From Bugula neritina (taxonomy: Eukaryota; Animalia; Bryozoa): 64,000 bases of DNA. Below the pieces are notes generated by a model. That model made no database searches. It saw only the letters and a list, made by a program, of their open reading frames with translations, and was not told the origin of the DNA. Location: assembly GCA_964035545.1 (NCBI GenBank), contig OZ037766.1, positions 29,204,640-29,268,639 of the forward strand, given 5' to 3'. Positions 16,649 through 29,456 of the stretch are shown here, one piece after another. Each line of letters starts with the position of its first letter. The first letter of the stretch is position 1. The translations under genes and the position numbers were made by a program.

Positions 16649-19267
16649 ATGGACATGGAACTACCTCTCTACCAGTCCACAGGCTATATTGGGTTCACCT
16701 ATCTGTATCACCAGGCATCCAAACAGTTCGTCCTCAATTGGATTGGAGAGACACAACTTGATCAGAATATTAAGCTCAAAATACAAAAATATCTTTCCAC
16801 CATCTTCCATGGTGAGTCATTTTACAACTGTCTGACACATTCTTTCAGGTTATTTGTCTGTAAAACCCCAGTAAGCTTATAAATAACTTCAGCTTAATAA
16901 ACAACCACCCAAGGAGTCCTAACTCTATGCTCAGGGTAGAATAGTCTTTAGTAACTGCATTATAAGAAAGGCTGTAAGTGTGGAGATATTGGAATTAGAC
17001 TTTAATAGAATAAATATCCTGCTCAAAACAACAATTGTAACTGTACGATATTTGAATGGAGTTGATGAAAAAAATTATAATAGTATAATATTATACTGTC
17101 TTAAAAAGCTGTTTTTAAAAGGAAAAATTTTGTTATTTGAACTCTCATCCTAAAAATTTATTTTCCCGAAATTTCGTAAACATAGATTTAATTTCTTGCA
17201 CAAAGTTAAGAAATTCCAATCTTACTGATTGTTTCTGAAAATATTTTTGTTGATTTGATACATGGTTAGTACTTTAAAATAAAATTACTTTTAATTTAGC
17301 ATACCCTAAAAGTTAAAAATTATCTAGATAATTTTGGGATTTGATTTGCACAAATTCTCACCACATATATAGAAATGTACTCAACATTTTCAAGTTCAGC
17401 TGTGCAGGATCAACAAGTTGACTTGATTCGACTTGAATTTTAAGTATGCTAATCAGCATGCACTTTACATTGTTTTACTCTCACTCCACTTTACTGCTAC
17501 CTACATGCTGCTAGTACTTGAACTAATTTACTGCTTGGTAACTCTTTTTATTACACTTGAAGAGATTCTTGCTGTTGGTATCCTAATTATAATATTTGAC
17601 CTTTGTCGTAGGTCATGAAGTGAGGTCGTCTTTAAATTCTTTTGAGACTAAAGATAGTCATTACTCATCTCTGATAGGGAGAGGTAACTCCTACTCAAAT
17701 TCCGGAGTTGATGCAGGTAAAGTTAAAATGGCCATCATTCTGTGGAATAGTATAACCTTTTTTAGAATTTTTTAGTTTTTTAACTTTCTTGATAAAATTT
17801 ATGTGTTTTCTTTAGACTTTTAAATTTTTTTTTCTAAAAAATTGGCTTTGTTGACTGGTGTTGTAGATGAGCTTCACAAAGCTGATAGAGCATGCAAGTG
17901 CTTAATCTACTAAATATGCTATTAATTTTTACTTTTAGGTCCGCTGTCGCTTCCTACTCAATTCAACACCACAAGAAATAGTCTGCTAGTTTCGAAATTA
18001 AATCCTAATTCTAAACTGAAACAGTCTGCAAACTTAAAGATGGCAAATAAAGTATCAGAAGAGTGCCAAGAACTTATATCAAACTTAGCCAATCAGTTTA
18101 CAGAGAACCAAAATGTTTGCTCAATTTGTCAATATAAAGGCTTGTGCCATAGTGAAATGTCGAAACACGTAAGGCAGCATTTTGTCGATGCCGCGTGTAC
18201 TTGTGGCTATAGCAGTAGTAGCCACAGTGTCGTGTCTCAACACATTCAACAATCACACCATCCTCCAAAAATTTATGAAATAGACAGGAAAGTAAACAAT
18301 CCAATATGGCCGTCAAAACCTCTCTCGTTCAACAATGATACTCCAATTTCTAGTGCTCAAAGATCACTGGGTGAAGTAAACGTGTCTGACAATGCAGATG
18401 CAGAAGTCACGGTATCTTCTGCACTTCCCATAAGTCACACTAGTCCCCTGGAAACTTTAACTCATGTGACTCTGAAGTCCCGAAAAGGTCGGCGAAAACA
18501 ATCCACTCCTCTAAAAGTGGTTATCAAGAAGCGAAGTCGCCATGCCAACACCATCTCATGGATTTCAGATGATACGAATCTGCAAATCAAAAGTGCAACA
18601 AATGAAAGTAAAGCAAATGGTAACGTTTGTCCAATTTGTCACCGAAAAGCTGCTACTTCCAGTGGCATAATTCGACACATCAGACAGCACTTCATCAAGA
18701 CGTTTTGTCAGTGTGGATACGACAGTTTCTGCAGGGATATGGTCGTCAAGCATGTCCAGCGACTCAAGCACCCCAAGTCTATTTATGAAGTTGATGAGAT
18801 ACTTTATCCTTCTTGGGCCATAAGCGTCGGACTAAAAGACCCTCCTGAGTTCGGAAAGCATGTGTTTGGAAAGTGTAAAACAGGAAATGCAGCTTTAAAC
18901 TTGAAGTTTGAGTCTCCTACACAATTAAATAAAAGTATTGATTCGGATTTGTCAGCTTTTTCTTCTTCTTTGATTCGTGATGTGTCCAGGTCTACTAATG
19001 GTTTTTCTGATAACTTGGAAGATAGCGTTTCTAGCTCAGGTATTACACATTCTATACTTTCTCCAATGTTCTACTGAATGCAGTATCATATATTTCTTTT
19101 TAAAAATATGGTAGAAAATATTATTTTAGCTATATTACCACCACAACCCTAACAGGCTTGAATGTTTTACAGATTTCCTGGTAACAAATGGTAAGGATTC
19201 AACAACATGTGTTGCGAGTAATGAAATGGCATTTCCTACTCGCGTAGAGGCTGCGAGTAACTGTTGA
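16649..19267 (+). CDS. Zinc-finger protein 1 (two C2H2 + CxC-H-H finger pairs, unnamed N-terminal domain)
   Basis: Exons 16649-16811, 17612-17716, 17939-19039, then 19173-19267, or 19173-19190 plus 20058-20137; both ends are uncertain. Contains CSIC..HVRQHF..CTCGY..HIQQSHH and CPIC..HIRQHF..CQCGY..HVQRLKH..IYEVD. Confidence 0.8.
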
Positions 19268-22200
19268 AAAGGTGAAGGAATAATTATTCTAACTTTTTAC
19301 CGTGTCTACTATTTTCTACAGAGATTCTTCATTAATTCAATTTTTAACTGTTGTAAATTTATGCAGAGCTAACTGATGAGCACAACAAATTCAAGCTTGA
19401 AAAAAACAAGTTTAAATTTGGCATATGAAAGAGTTGCTTAACAAAGTGTATCTACTCATGTGTTAAATTGTTGAGTTAATAAATCGTATAGTTTGAATAA
19501 TAAGTTTTAAAATCCTTGTTGCATAAGCAACTTTGTTACTGTAGTAACTGAATGAATCTGTTCAAACAAAAAATTATTGAGAAAGGTAAAAGTAATGGTG
19601 TCCAATTAAAATTGGTTTTACACAAATTTAAAAGCATTCTGCTGTGTTGTTCGACACAATTCTTAAAATTTATGAAGAAATCCACAACTGCCTACATCAA
19701 AAATACCTGAGTAATTGTAAACGTTTCTAACTTATTAGAAAATAAGGCAATAGTGGGATATATTTTCCAAAGTAGATGATGTGTTGGAACTACATCATAT
19801 GTAACAATGCATTTCTAGCTGCATGAATAACCTTTACAAAGATCTCAACAGGTAGATATCATCAAATTGGATGGATAAAATTTCACCCAACCAGGCTATT
19901 TGCTTTCCGCTAGAAATTAGGCTATATGTATCACATCTGCTGTGCCCACTTGCAGTCTCTGACTGTTGAATACTATCAGGTTTCACAGTAATTACTTCAA
20001 CAGAATAATTTTTACAACTCATCAATGTTTATATAATTTTAGTCTTGCTATTTTTAGACATCAACGTTAACAAAAGAAGACCTGAAATCAGAAAAGGAGT
20101 AACGGACACTGTTGATGATCAATTTACAGCACACTGAGCTATTAAAACAAATAATACAAGTTTGTTTAAGGTATTGCTTGTTTTCAATGAAAAGTTTATA
20201 TTATATTTCAAGTATTTTCTATAAATATTACATTATTTCTAAATTCTCATCAACTTTATACTTATACTCTATATATACTTCTCAATCATTCATCTTTTGC
20301 ATTTGCCTTTGAAGGAAACTTATATACAATAATTAGAAGCATGTCTTATGACGAAATTTGCTAAAATTTTGATACAGCTTTTTAATTATATTATCTTCCA
20401 ATTTTTATATGATTTTGTTTCATTTTTGGTTTATAATGTTATAACTAATATATGGAAAATGACTTTTTGTAAATTTTACCATAATTACTTTTTATTTCCT
20501 TGTCTTTGTTGCATATGATCTTGCATAGGTGCTTGCTTAACAATAATCGTTTATAGTTTTCTAAATTACATAACATGAAATTTATACTGTTATTACTTGC
20601 ATAATACATCATTACCAGTCTTTTGAAGATCACATAATTGTGAAATATGCAAGATTGACATAAAATATGTTTTTTTTTATTACTCTATATACATATTCTA
20701 TTAGCATAGTAGCTATATTATTATAATGACAGTAAACTATTATAGAAAGGAGTTATGTCATTGGTGTACTAATAATGGTGCTAATAAAGCAGATGGCAGA
20801 CTGTAAGTGATATGTTTACTAAATATCTTCATAGCTCTGCTTTTACATCGTAAAAGATAGATGTAATTTAATGAATATTCTTTTTGATATCAAGTACTCA
20901 CAGTGTGGCTCTAGCTATGCGATAGTAGTACCAATTCACATATGGAGAAGATAACTACGACTTTATGTACAAGCGAAACTTTCTGAACTGGTTTTATTGG
21001 AACCGATATAATTTCCTTTTGCCAAAATTTTAAAATGAGCTTTTAGGAGTGGCTAACAATTCCGCACTTTCCAACTACTATCTCACAGCTTGGGTTCTCA
21101 GCTCACAGGCACTAGGAGGAATGGATGTGTGTCACAAGTTCTCAAAATGAATGCGATGTTAATAATTTATCATTAATTATTGTTAATCCAGCAGTTGTGA
21201 ACCGAGGGAAGAAAAGTTATAGTTTCAACAATTGTTAAGCAAACGTAAACTGAGACCCATAAAATGAAATGACAGAAATTATATCAATGTGAATCAGAAA
21301 TGTCTTATCATCTATCACATTTACTATGACTATGAGTATGACTATGCAAACACACTTCAGACTGAAAGTGAAACGCTAACAGTAACACTAACAGAATCAT
21401 TTAAATTATTTAAGTGATTAATCATTATGGTTATCTGGTTATGACCATAATAATTTGATTTTATTATACTATTAGTACTAGTACTGGTACTACCAGACTA
21501 CTAGTACTACTCGTACTCATAGTCATGCTGGTATTCACTTTTAGTTTTACTATTATTTTCGTTTTGGCAGTCTCATAAGTACGTTTGTTTTTATTTAAAC
21601 TTAATGATAAAACAAAATTTTTAACATAATTGTCGCAATCTAAATGTCGAAGTCAGTGTCACTGTGAGTGTAAATGTTATACTTCCTAAAATTAAAGGTC
21701 AATCTGGAATGAAAGTTGGTGCCGGTAACAGTAACTCTAATTATAATGATTATTTATTATTAAACTAATATCAAAGTTGATCACTTGAATTTTGCTTTGC
21801 TATATACAATGAAGTATTATAAAAAACCTACTGGCTGTTACACTACTTTGTACTAAAATTATGATGTAGCTGCAGTAAAGTCAAAGAGTCTTGGAACTTT
21901 TCAATTGATGTGCCAAAATAGAACGATCTAAAACAACATTAATAATGATGAAAATATTCATTATCATTTTGATTGTTATTATCATTGTGATATTCTCACT
22001 TTCTATTATTTGATAATTTATTTGTGTAAACTCGGTATTGAATTTTATGATTATAATATAAACATAGTTATAAAAATAACATAACTAAGTTAAATGATAG
22101 TCAAAGTGATTGTGACTATTTCCATTCACTTTTCTACAGTAAATTACCAATACATAGATACATCAGCCACCATATTTGGTTTTATACTAAGTTGAATGGT

Positions 22201-22675
22201 TGTTTAAGTCAATTCATTAGTTCAAATAACAGTGTTATAAATTATTCCCTAGACTAAGCTAAAATTATTTAGATTTAGTCATTTGATTGAATAATATTTT
22301 GTTACAATAAGAAGTTGCAAATTTTATTGGACAGTTTGTATTTTGTTTAATTATGCAGGAAATATAGTATATTTGCATATCAAGTTATTTATCTTTTTCT
22401 TGATATAATTAATGCATATAATTATTTAGAGTTATCAACAATTTTTTTTTTGCAGTATACATAATATTTGAGATGCGAGAAATGATTCAATTGAAGTGGG
22501 TAGTTTCAATTTGCCCATTGGAGAGCTGAATCAAACTACCAATGAACCTTCAGCATTGTGTTACCCATATTCCTTAGATGAGTTGATTGTTCCAATTTGT
22601 ATTGTTTCTAATTAGACTAGGAGCAAAGTAATGATTGATGACAAACAAGTTGATTAAAATTATTGATTACAGATA

Positions 22676-25600
22676 ATGTCTTCTGCAAGTGTGCCAGAGG
22701 AAGTTATCGCATGTGTAAGTACATAGTATATGTATGTGTAAGTACATGGTATATGTATATGTAAGTACATGGTATATGTGTGTAAGTACATAGTATATGT
22801 ATGTGTAAGTACATGGTATATGTAAGTAAATAGTATATGTGTGTGTAAGTACATAGTATATGTGTGTAAGTACATTGTATATGTGTGTGTAAGTACATAG
22901 TATATGTGTGTAAGTACATAGTATATGTATATGCAAGTACATGGTATATGTGTGTGTAAGTACATAGTATATGTATATGTAAGTACATGGTATATATGTG
23001 TAAGTACATAGTATATGTATACGTAAGTACATGGTATGTGTAAGTACATTGTATGTGTAAGTACATAGTATATGTATATGTAAGTACATGGTATGTGTAA
23101 GTACATTGTATGTGTAAGTACATAGTATATGTATATGTAAGTACATGGTATATGTGTGTAAGTACATGGTATATGTGTGTGTAAGTACATGGTATGTACA
23201 AGTATATAGAATATGTATCTGTAAGTACTACTACTGCTACTACTACTACTGCTGCTGCTGCTACTGCTACTGCTACTTCTACTACTACTACTACTACTGT
23301 TACTACTACTGCTACTACTACTGTTACTACTACTGTTACTACTACTACTACTGTTACTCTATTTACTGTAGGTTGAAAATGCAGCAGCTCAAGGCTATAC
23401 TGGGATTGTGTATCTCTACCACCTGGAAACCAGGCGTGTGATTGTGAATTGGACCAATGAGAATAGAGATGAGAATCTGAAGTGCGATACTGAAAACTAC
23501 CTGTTGAATATTTTCACCAGTGGGTTGTCTGTTTACTAATACAATGCAATGTTGTTGGAGTTATCTTCCCGTAAAGTTCTTGCCATGATAATGTAGTTTT
23601 AGTGACGGCCAAAATATTTAAATTGCAGAGTTTTTTATTTTGATAAGCAGTTTTTTTCATGTAATTTTTCTCAGCAGTAGCTACATGTGATACTGTTTCA
23701 CAGTCACTATGTCTTCAGGCAGGTGATATCTCCTTTCTTTGTGGTTGCTCACGTCTGCAGCTACCCATATCTGCATCTGCTCACGTCTGCAGCTGCTCGT
23801 CTGCAGCTACCCATGTCTGCATCTGCTCACGTCTGCATCTGCCAAGTCTGCAGTAGCTCACGTCTGCAGCTGCCCACGTCTGCAGTTACTCACGCTTTTT
23901 ATTTTGTTTGAATTGTGTGATTCTTATGTTGGCATGTCGTTTACTATTTTAATAATTTATTATACTTTATAATACCAGACACTACTGTGAAGGAAGAACC
24001 AGTGGTACTTATAGAACCAAGTTTAGATGGTGAGCTAGCCCATCTTTTTATCACCTTATCAGAGCATAAACTAGTTTCTAGTGTGTGTCTTACTATATGG
24101 CATACAGGTTTTAGCTTGTGTATTTTCATGTAGTAATAGATGTATAGATATACTCAAAGTTTGAAGAAATATGAGTTTATTTAATTATATTAAGGTTACA
24201 TAGCCTTCCCTGCCTGGTTATAATTAGCCATTGGCTGAATTTGTAATATTAATTTAGATTGCTGTTATATATATTAGAAGTATTGATTATTAAAATGTCC
24301 ATGCTAGCTAGTAGCTACTTATTTTACTATTTTCAGGAGCTGGTCAACGTTCTAAATTATTTTTAGAGTTGTCAGCACGCTAATGTGTTTTGTGTAGTTA
24401 TAGTTATTACCTTGTGCCATGCATAGCTCTATACTTGAGTATATGAAAGCATTAAAATTAGGAGCTTTTTCAACATGATCTCTATATTATGATACATAAT
24501 ATTCTAGATATAATGCTAGATAGAGAAGGAGAAGCTATCAATGTAGAGGGAAAATTTGAAGGTAAGTTGTGACTGGGCTACTAGACTACTGGCCTATTCT
24601 ATTTTATACTAGCACTAATCTCTCTCAACAAGATATAACATAAGAATATGCCATGTATCTATATACATATTATTTCGAATACCAACTTGTCTTACAGCCC
24701 TCTATGTGAACAGGTTGCTATGGTTACTATTATAAACATTGTTTTTGTTTACTGTTGTATACTTTCATAAAATATAGTGCTTTGTGAGACAAAGGTGAAA
24801 TGTTTTGTCCTTCTCCTCACTATAATCAAGTTATCTTCTGTTATTACTTTTATAGCGATTTATTCATGCCATTTCAGACCCTCATACCCCTCAACTGAGA
24901 AATTAATAATTGTTATGTTACTATGGTGTGTTAGATACAGATGAGATGTCTATCTCCAGTATCCAAGAGCCTTCAACTATAGAAGATGATAAACTAAGCT
25001 TAGATAATAGCAAACTGACAGGTCTGTGGTTCTATTCTATTATTTATATTTCCACAATGCGGTGTGGTATACATCCACTATATAATGTCATGTTATATAT
25101 CTATGATATATCTCTATAAGGTAACAAATTAACTGAGTTAGGATTGTTTTAGCAATTGTTAGCAATCACGAGATCTTACTTTTTTATTTGTTCCTATTTA
25201 GTTGAGGTAGGAATTGTAGATTTATGTATCATGATAAATACTGGGTTTTGTGCTGTTTGATAGTAATTATTTTATTTTCTATTGATTTGGAGTTGTTCTC
25301 TCAACCAACTGTGTCCTTGTTTGCAGAAGACATGTTCCTCTCAGACTCATCTGATATAAAAGTCTCAAGTGGTGCTGCTGTTGGCATAACTGAACCCATT
25401 ACATCAGGTAACTCAGTGCTCCACTATCCTCACGATAACTTCCTCAATAGAATTGGAAGGTTATTTTAAGATGCTGTGTAAAGGCTTTGATCGTATTTGG
25501 AAGGAAACGTCACCAACTTGGTTGCTAGCAATGTCTAGTCACATGCTGATGTAACTGATGTGGTTTTCAAAACCTCTGTCAAGCTCACATTCTTATTTCT

Positions 25601-27028
25601 CACCATATCCATTTTAGTTCATGTTCTGAATCATCTATTTCGTGATTGAAGCTTGCTGTGCTAACTCAGGATTAAAGTTTTTGTTTCCTGTTTTACTGTG
25701 TTTATTCCAACTCCAACTTTCCTTTTCTCAATCAATTTGTATTAAGTTACGGACTGAAAACTTTCAAAAATTGATTTATTATTTGTTACTGTCTGCCTAT
25801 AACAGTCATTCATCTCCATTATAAAATATCTTATGACAAGTATGAACAGGTACTTATTGCATTATTTTCAGTGACATCACAGTATGACACTTCGAATCAC
25901 ATTCCTAGCTCTGACAGCTCACCTGTCGTAGATTGGCTGATCTCATCAAAGGTGCAGAAGAACTCTCTGAATCGTGGCTTGATTTCACCTCTGCACAGAG
26001 CTTGGGCGGCAGCAACGCCCGCTACTGAAAAGTGGGTATCGGCAGCGTGTGAAGCCAAAATCAATGATGCCGTAAAGACGTCTGTGAATCTAGTCTGCCC
26101 ATTCTGCCTTCGACGCAGCATCACAAAGAGACGTTTGATTGTTCATGTCCGGCAGCACTTTGCTAAGTTTTTCTGCAGGTGTGGCTACAACAGCTCTAGC
26201 CGTGAAGTAGTCATTCGCCACCAGCAGAAAGGAGGTCACAAGCGGCCTATCTATGAAGTCAGCGAATCTCTGTATGCTGATTGGGTGAAACATGTCAAGT
26301 TGAAAAATCCACCATATTTTACTAAATGCATCCCCACTTCCTGTCACAACTTCCGGTCTGGCAGACCGAAGATGCTGTATGACCTACAAGTTCAGAGTTT
26401 AGATAAGCTAGATCCTAATCATGCCGCTGTTTCTACGGCACTTAGAAAAGCATATGAGTTGCCTCCCCTTACGAAACACAATTACGCAGCGCCCTCAACC
26501 CCAGTGTTCCCACAAGCAGGAAATAGGGGGTTGGGGGAGTTAGCTAATGCATCTCCAATCACCAGCACCTTCAACAATGTCTTGCACTCTAAACACTCTG
26601 ATGAAGGAACAAAAGTTAGTCAAGCAAATCATAATTTAGGTAGTCTCAGTATTGCCAGACAGGAAACGACACTCGTTAGTTGTAATGACAGTATTTTAAC
26701 CAATGGCGGTTCTCTTGCAGCGCTGGCCAATCAGATAAACTCGCTGACACCCAGTATGCCCAAAGGCAGCCGATCAGATGCAGTAACTTTACGATCTTTA
26801 GTCACTGAGACTAAGTCAGCTGTTGGGAAGTATACCAATACTCTGTTACCCGAGTCTAAGTCACATGAGAAAGAGAAATCAAATGCAGCCAGTAAATTTG
26901 TTGAGGCTCTGAAATCCAGTATAGAGTCAATGGAAACGCAGATAGTAACTATGAGACGGGCAGCTGATCAACTCGAAGTTGTTGTAAAACAGCAGAAATT
27001 GCAGCTTCAGCTTATCATTAACTCTTGA
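22676..27028 (+). CDS. Zinc-finger protein 2, paralog of 16649-19267, with C-terminal coiled coil
   Basis: Exons 22676-22714, 23372-23519, 23979-24029, 24508-24561, 24935-25021, 25327-25407, 25872-27028, phase-consistent GT-AG. Contains CPFC..HVRQHF..CRCGY..HQQKGGH..IYEVS..Y..W...L..PP. Its N-terminal exon is homologous to that of gene 1. Confidence 0.82.
22711..23228 (+). repeat. Minisatellite, variable ~19-27-bp unit ATGTGTAAGTACAT(A/G/T)GTAT, starting at a splice donor
   Basis: About 20 copies of a GTAAGTACAT core. The first copy is the exon donor TGT|GTAAGT at 22714/22715. Confidence 0.95.
23229..23357. repeat. (CTA/CTG/GTT)n trinucleotide microsatellite
   Basis: ACTACTACTGCT... run ending just upstream of the acceptor at 23370-23371. 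Confidence 0.95.
23745..23893. repeat. Degenerate GC-richer minisatellite (GCTCACGTCTGCA / CCCATGTCTGCA)
   Basis: Repeated CACGTCTGCAG/CATGTCTGCAT units in an intron of zinc-finger gene 2. Confidence 0.85.
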
Positions 27029-27433
27029 GTTTTTAATGAGCCGTCCCGTTGCTGCAGTCTATCATTTATCTGATTGTTTGGTATATTTTCTGCAATGCAG
27101 TCAAATTATTGGAAATTTTTAATTATATCCACTATAAGTGAAATGGGTGATTTCACGATAAACTTTGTTTTATTAATATTAGTAATTTTAGCATAATAAT
27201 ATGCTATACTGACTGGTTTTTACCAGTAAGTCTTTTGGAAATAAAATATATCTCTAATTAGGTCTTAGTACAACTACACGTTTTGTACTGTTTTTAGTTA
27301 TTATCAAGTTTAATGCCAATGCTTTCAATGGCAATAGCAAGTGTTTTCTCTCATGTCCAGAGCAATATGAAATATACATTTACAAACATTCTTAATATGT
27401 GTGTGTGCATATAGGAAGCATAAATCATGCAAA

Positions 27434-27515
27434 TAAATACCTTATACACTAATATACATCACCTGCTCCTGCAAATCTAAGAGCAGGTGATGTAGGTTAG
27501 TGTATAAGGTATTTA
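27434..27515. repeat. Near-perfect 35-bp inverted repeat (hairpin) with ~12-nt loop
   Basis: TAAATACCTTATACACTAATATACATCACCTGCTC (27434-27468) pairs with GAGCAGGTGATGTAGGTTAGTGTATAAGGTATTTA (27481-27515), two mismatches. Confidence 0.9.
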
Positions 27516-28552
27516 AATTGTCAGTTTTTAAACTATGTTATGGTGGGGTTTTACAGTTGAGAGTTATTGCAAACTCATCGAATAATAAATATATATGTTG
27601 TGGCCTTCGGGTTAGCTCGCTACAAGTTGCTTGGCTTGCGAGATAACTCCAGCTCCTGTCAGTCTGTAGGGGTGAAGTTGAGACTCCGGGTTAGGGTATC
27701 TGTCTGGTGGTGCTCCTCAGTCTATGATCCTGGGATATCACTCACTAACATACCCTAACACATTCTAATGTATTCGTACACATTATATGTTCACAATCCT
27801 CAGTCAATTCCTCAATCTCTTTCATATGCACTAGGTTTTTAGCTACACACTAAGTTTGATAGCTGCAATACTCACACAGGCCACACCCACTCTATATCTA
27901 ATATCTATGGTAATCTCAGAGTTGTGCACTCCCCATATATGCAACATTAAGAGAAGACAACTACGCAACCTTGAAAATCCTGATAAAACAACTAGATCAT
28001 ATTTTTATTATCCCATCATAACATATAACTTCCTACCAGCATGTTTAAGAGTATTCTTAGATATTCCAAAAGTCATAACTCAAAGATGCAGACTTCACAG
28101 TTTAATGTGGTAAATGCAACTGGTATCTAATTCTGATTATTAACTGTCTGTTGATATTATAATCATAAGAGGTTCAATAATATATTGTAAAGGCCCGTAG
28201 GACCAATGAACTCAATAATTATTAACTATTCCAGCTCTGTGCGTAGGACAATCATACGCTGCGAAACCCTCAGACTATGCATTACCACGCCAGTTACACT
28301 CACAGTGATACCCTCACTGTAATGCTTGTATCTGTTTACTAAAGCTATGCTTATATTATCCGACGACTTATACCTGCTAGTAGCCTTATATTGTGGAATG
28401 TTATAGCGATACAATTATGCTGTCAACGTAAATTATGTTGTAGTTTTCAAAGTGCTATGTAACTGATGTGACATACTGTTTGTTTATCAAGTGTGTTAGT
28501 GAGCTTCGAGATTTGATAGAATAAAGTGTAGTGACAGTAAGAAAGTTGGTAG

Positions 28553-28944
28553 TGTAAAGATTTGGTATTATGCTCTCACTTTGTTAGTTTCACATCGAAA
28601 GGATAACTCTGCACCTGACCGATACGTGATGCGGTAAGCATCATGTCGTTATGACGGCACCACCGTGACAACCAATGAAGATAACAATTAGTAGTAGGCG
28701 GAGCTGCCAATGTATAGTGGAAGCTTGTCTGATAGCTTGGCCGGCAGAGAGAACTGGATTGTAGCAATGTAAAGTCGTGCATAAATAACTCTCTGTTATG
28801 TAACCGTGTGCGTTAGTTGTAGTATCTTTTATTTCTGTATATAATTCGTAATAAATAAACTTTATTCAATTCGTTATAAACCTGGTGAAGTGACTTTGAA
28901 TTTAAGTAGACCCACTGATTACAGTGAATCATAAATTCACAACA
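28553..28944 (+). mobile_element. Candidate solo LTR
   Basis: Begins TGT and ends ACA, flanked by GTAG on both sides (28549-28552, 28945-28948). Internal AATAAA near 28850 and higher GC than the flanks. A 4-bp match could be chance. Confidence 0.35.
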
Positions 28945-29456
28945 GTAGTAGTTTATTGCAGTACTTATCTATACAACACAACACTCACAACCCCTTCATT
29001 GTATCGGCTAATGACCACTTGATCATCCTTTGTACTACAACAGCTGCTGTATAATATAAAATGACAATAATGGGCCAGTCCCCTCCCCCCACTCAGCGTT
29101 GCCTCGCAGTGGAGCTAACATAGTTTAGTATAGCTCATGTTATAGCTTAGTTAATCATGTAACTTCTCTCTATCTTGTGCCGTTTTTCTCATTCTTATAT
29201 TATTCGCATGTAATAAACGTTATCTATACTCGCTACAACTGGACTATTAAGCTGGATAGGTAAAATCAGCACCTGCATAGTAAATAGTCTCGATAACCCA
29301 CATATTGTGAACCCACGTATTATTCACAACAATATCACAGCAAGAATTGTCGCTGATTTGCTGCATTCATGTTTCAATTATTAAACTTAACTCATTTTGC
29401 TAAACAATCCTTTGTAATTTATGGCACAGCCAAACGCAAAAACGCTCTAGTTCAAC

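Noticed and set aside
22660-23441. Long ORFs in several frames (MYLHTHIPCTY..., poly-T/poly-Y)
   Set aside because: Products of the intronic minisatellite and trinucleotide repeat, with no protein-like complexity.
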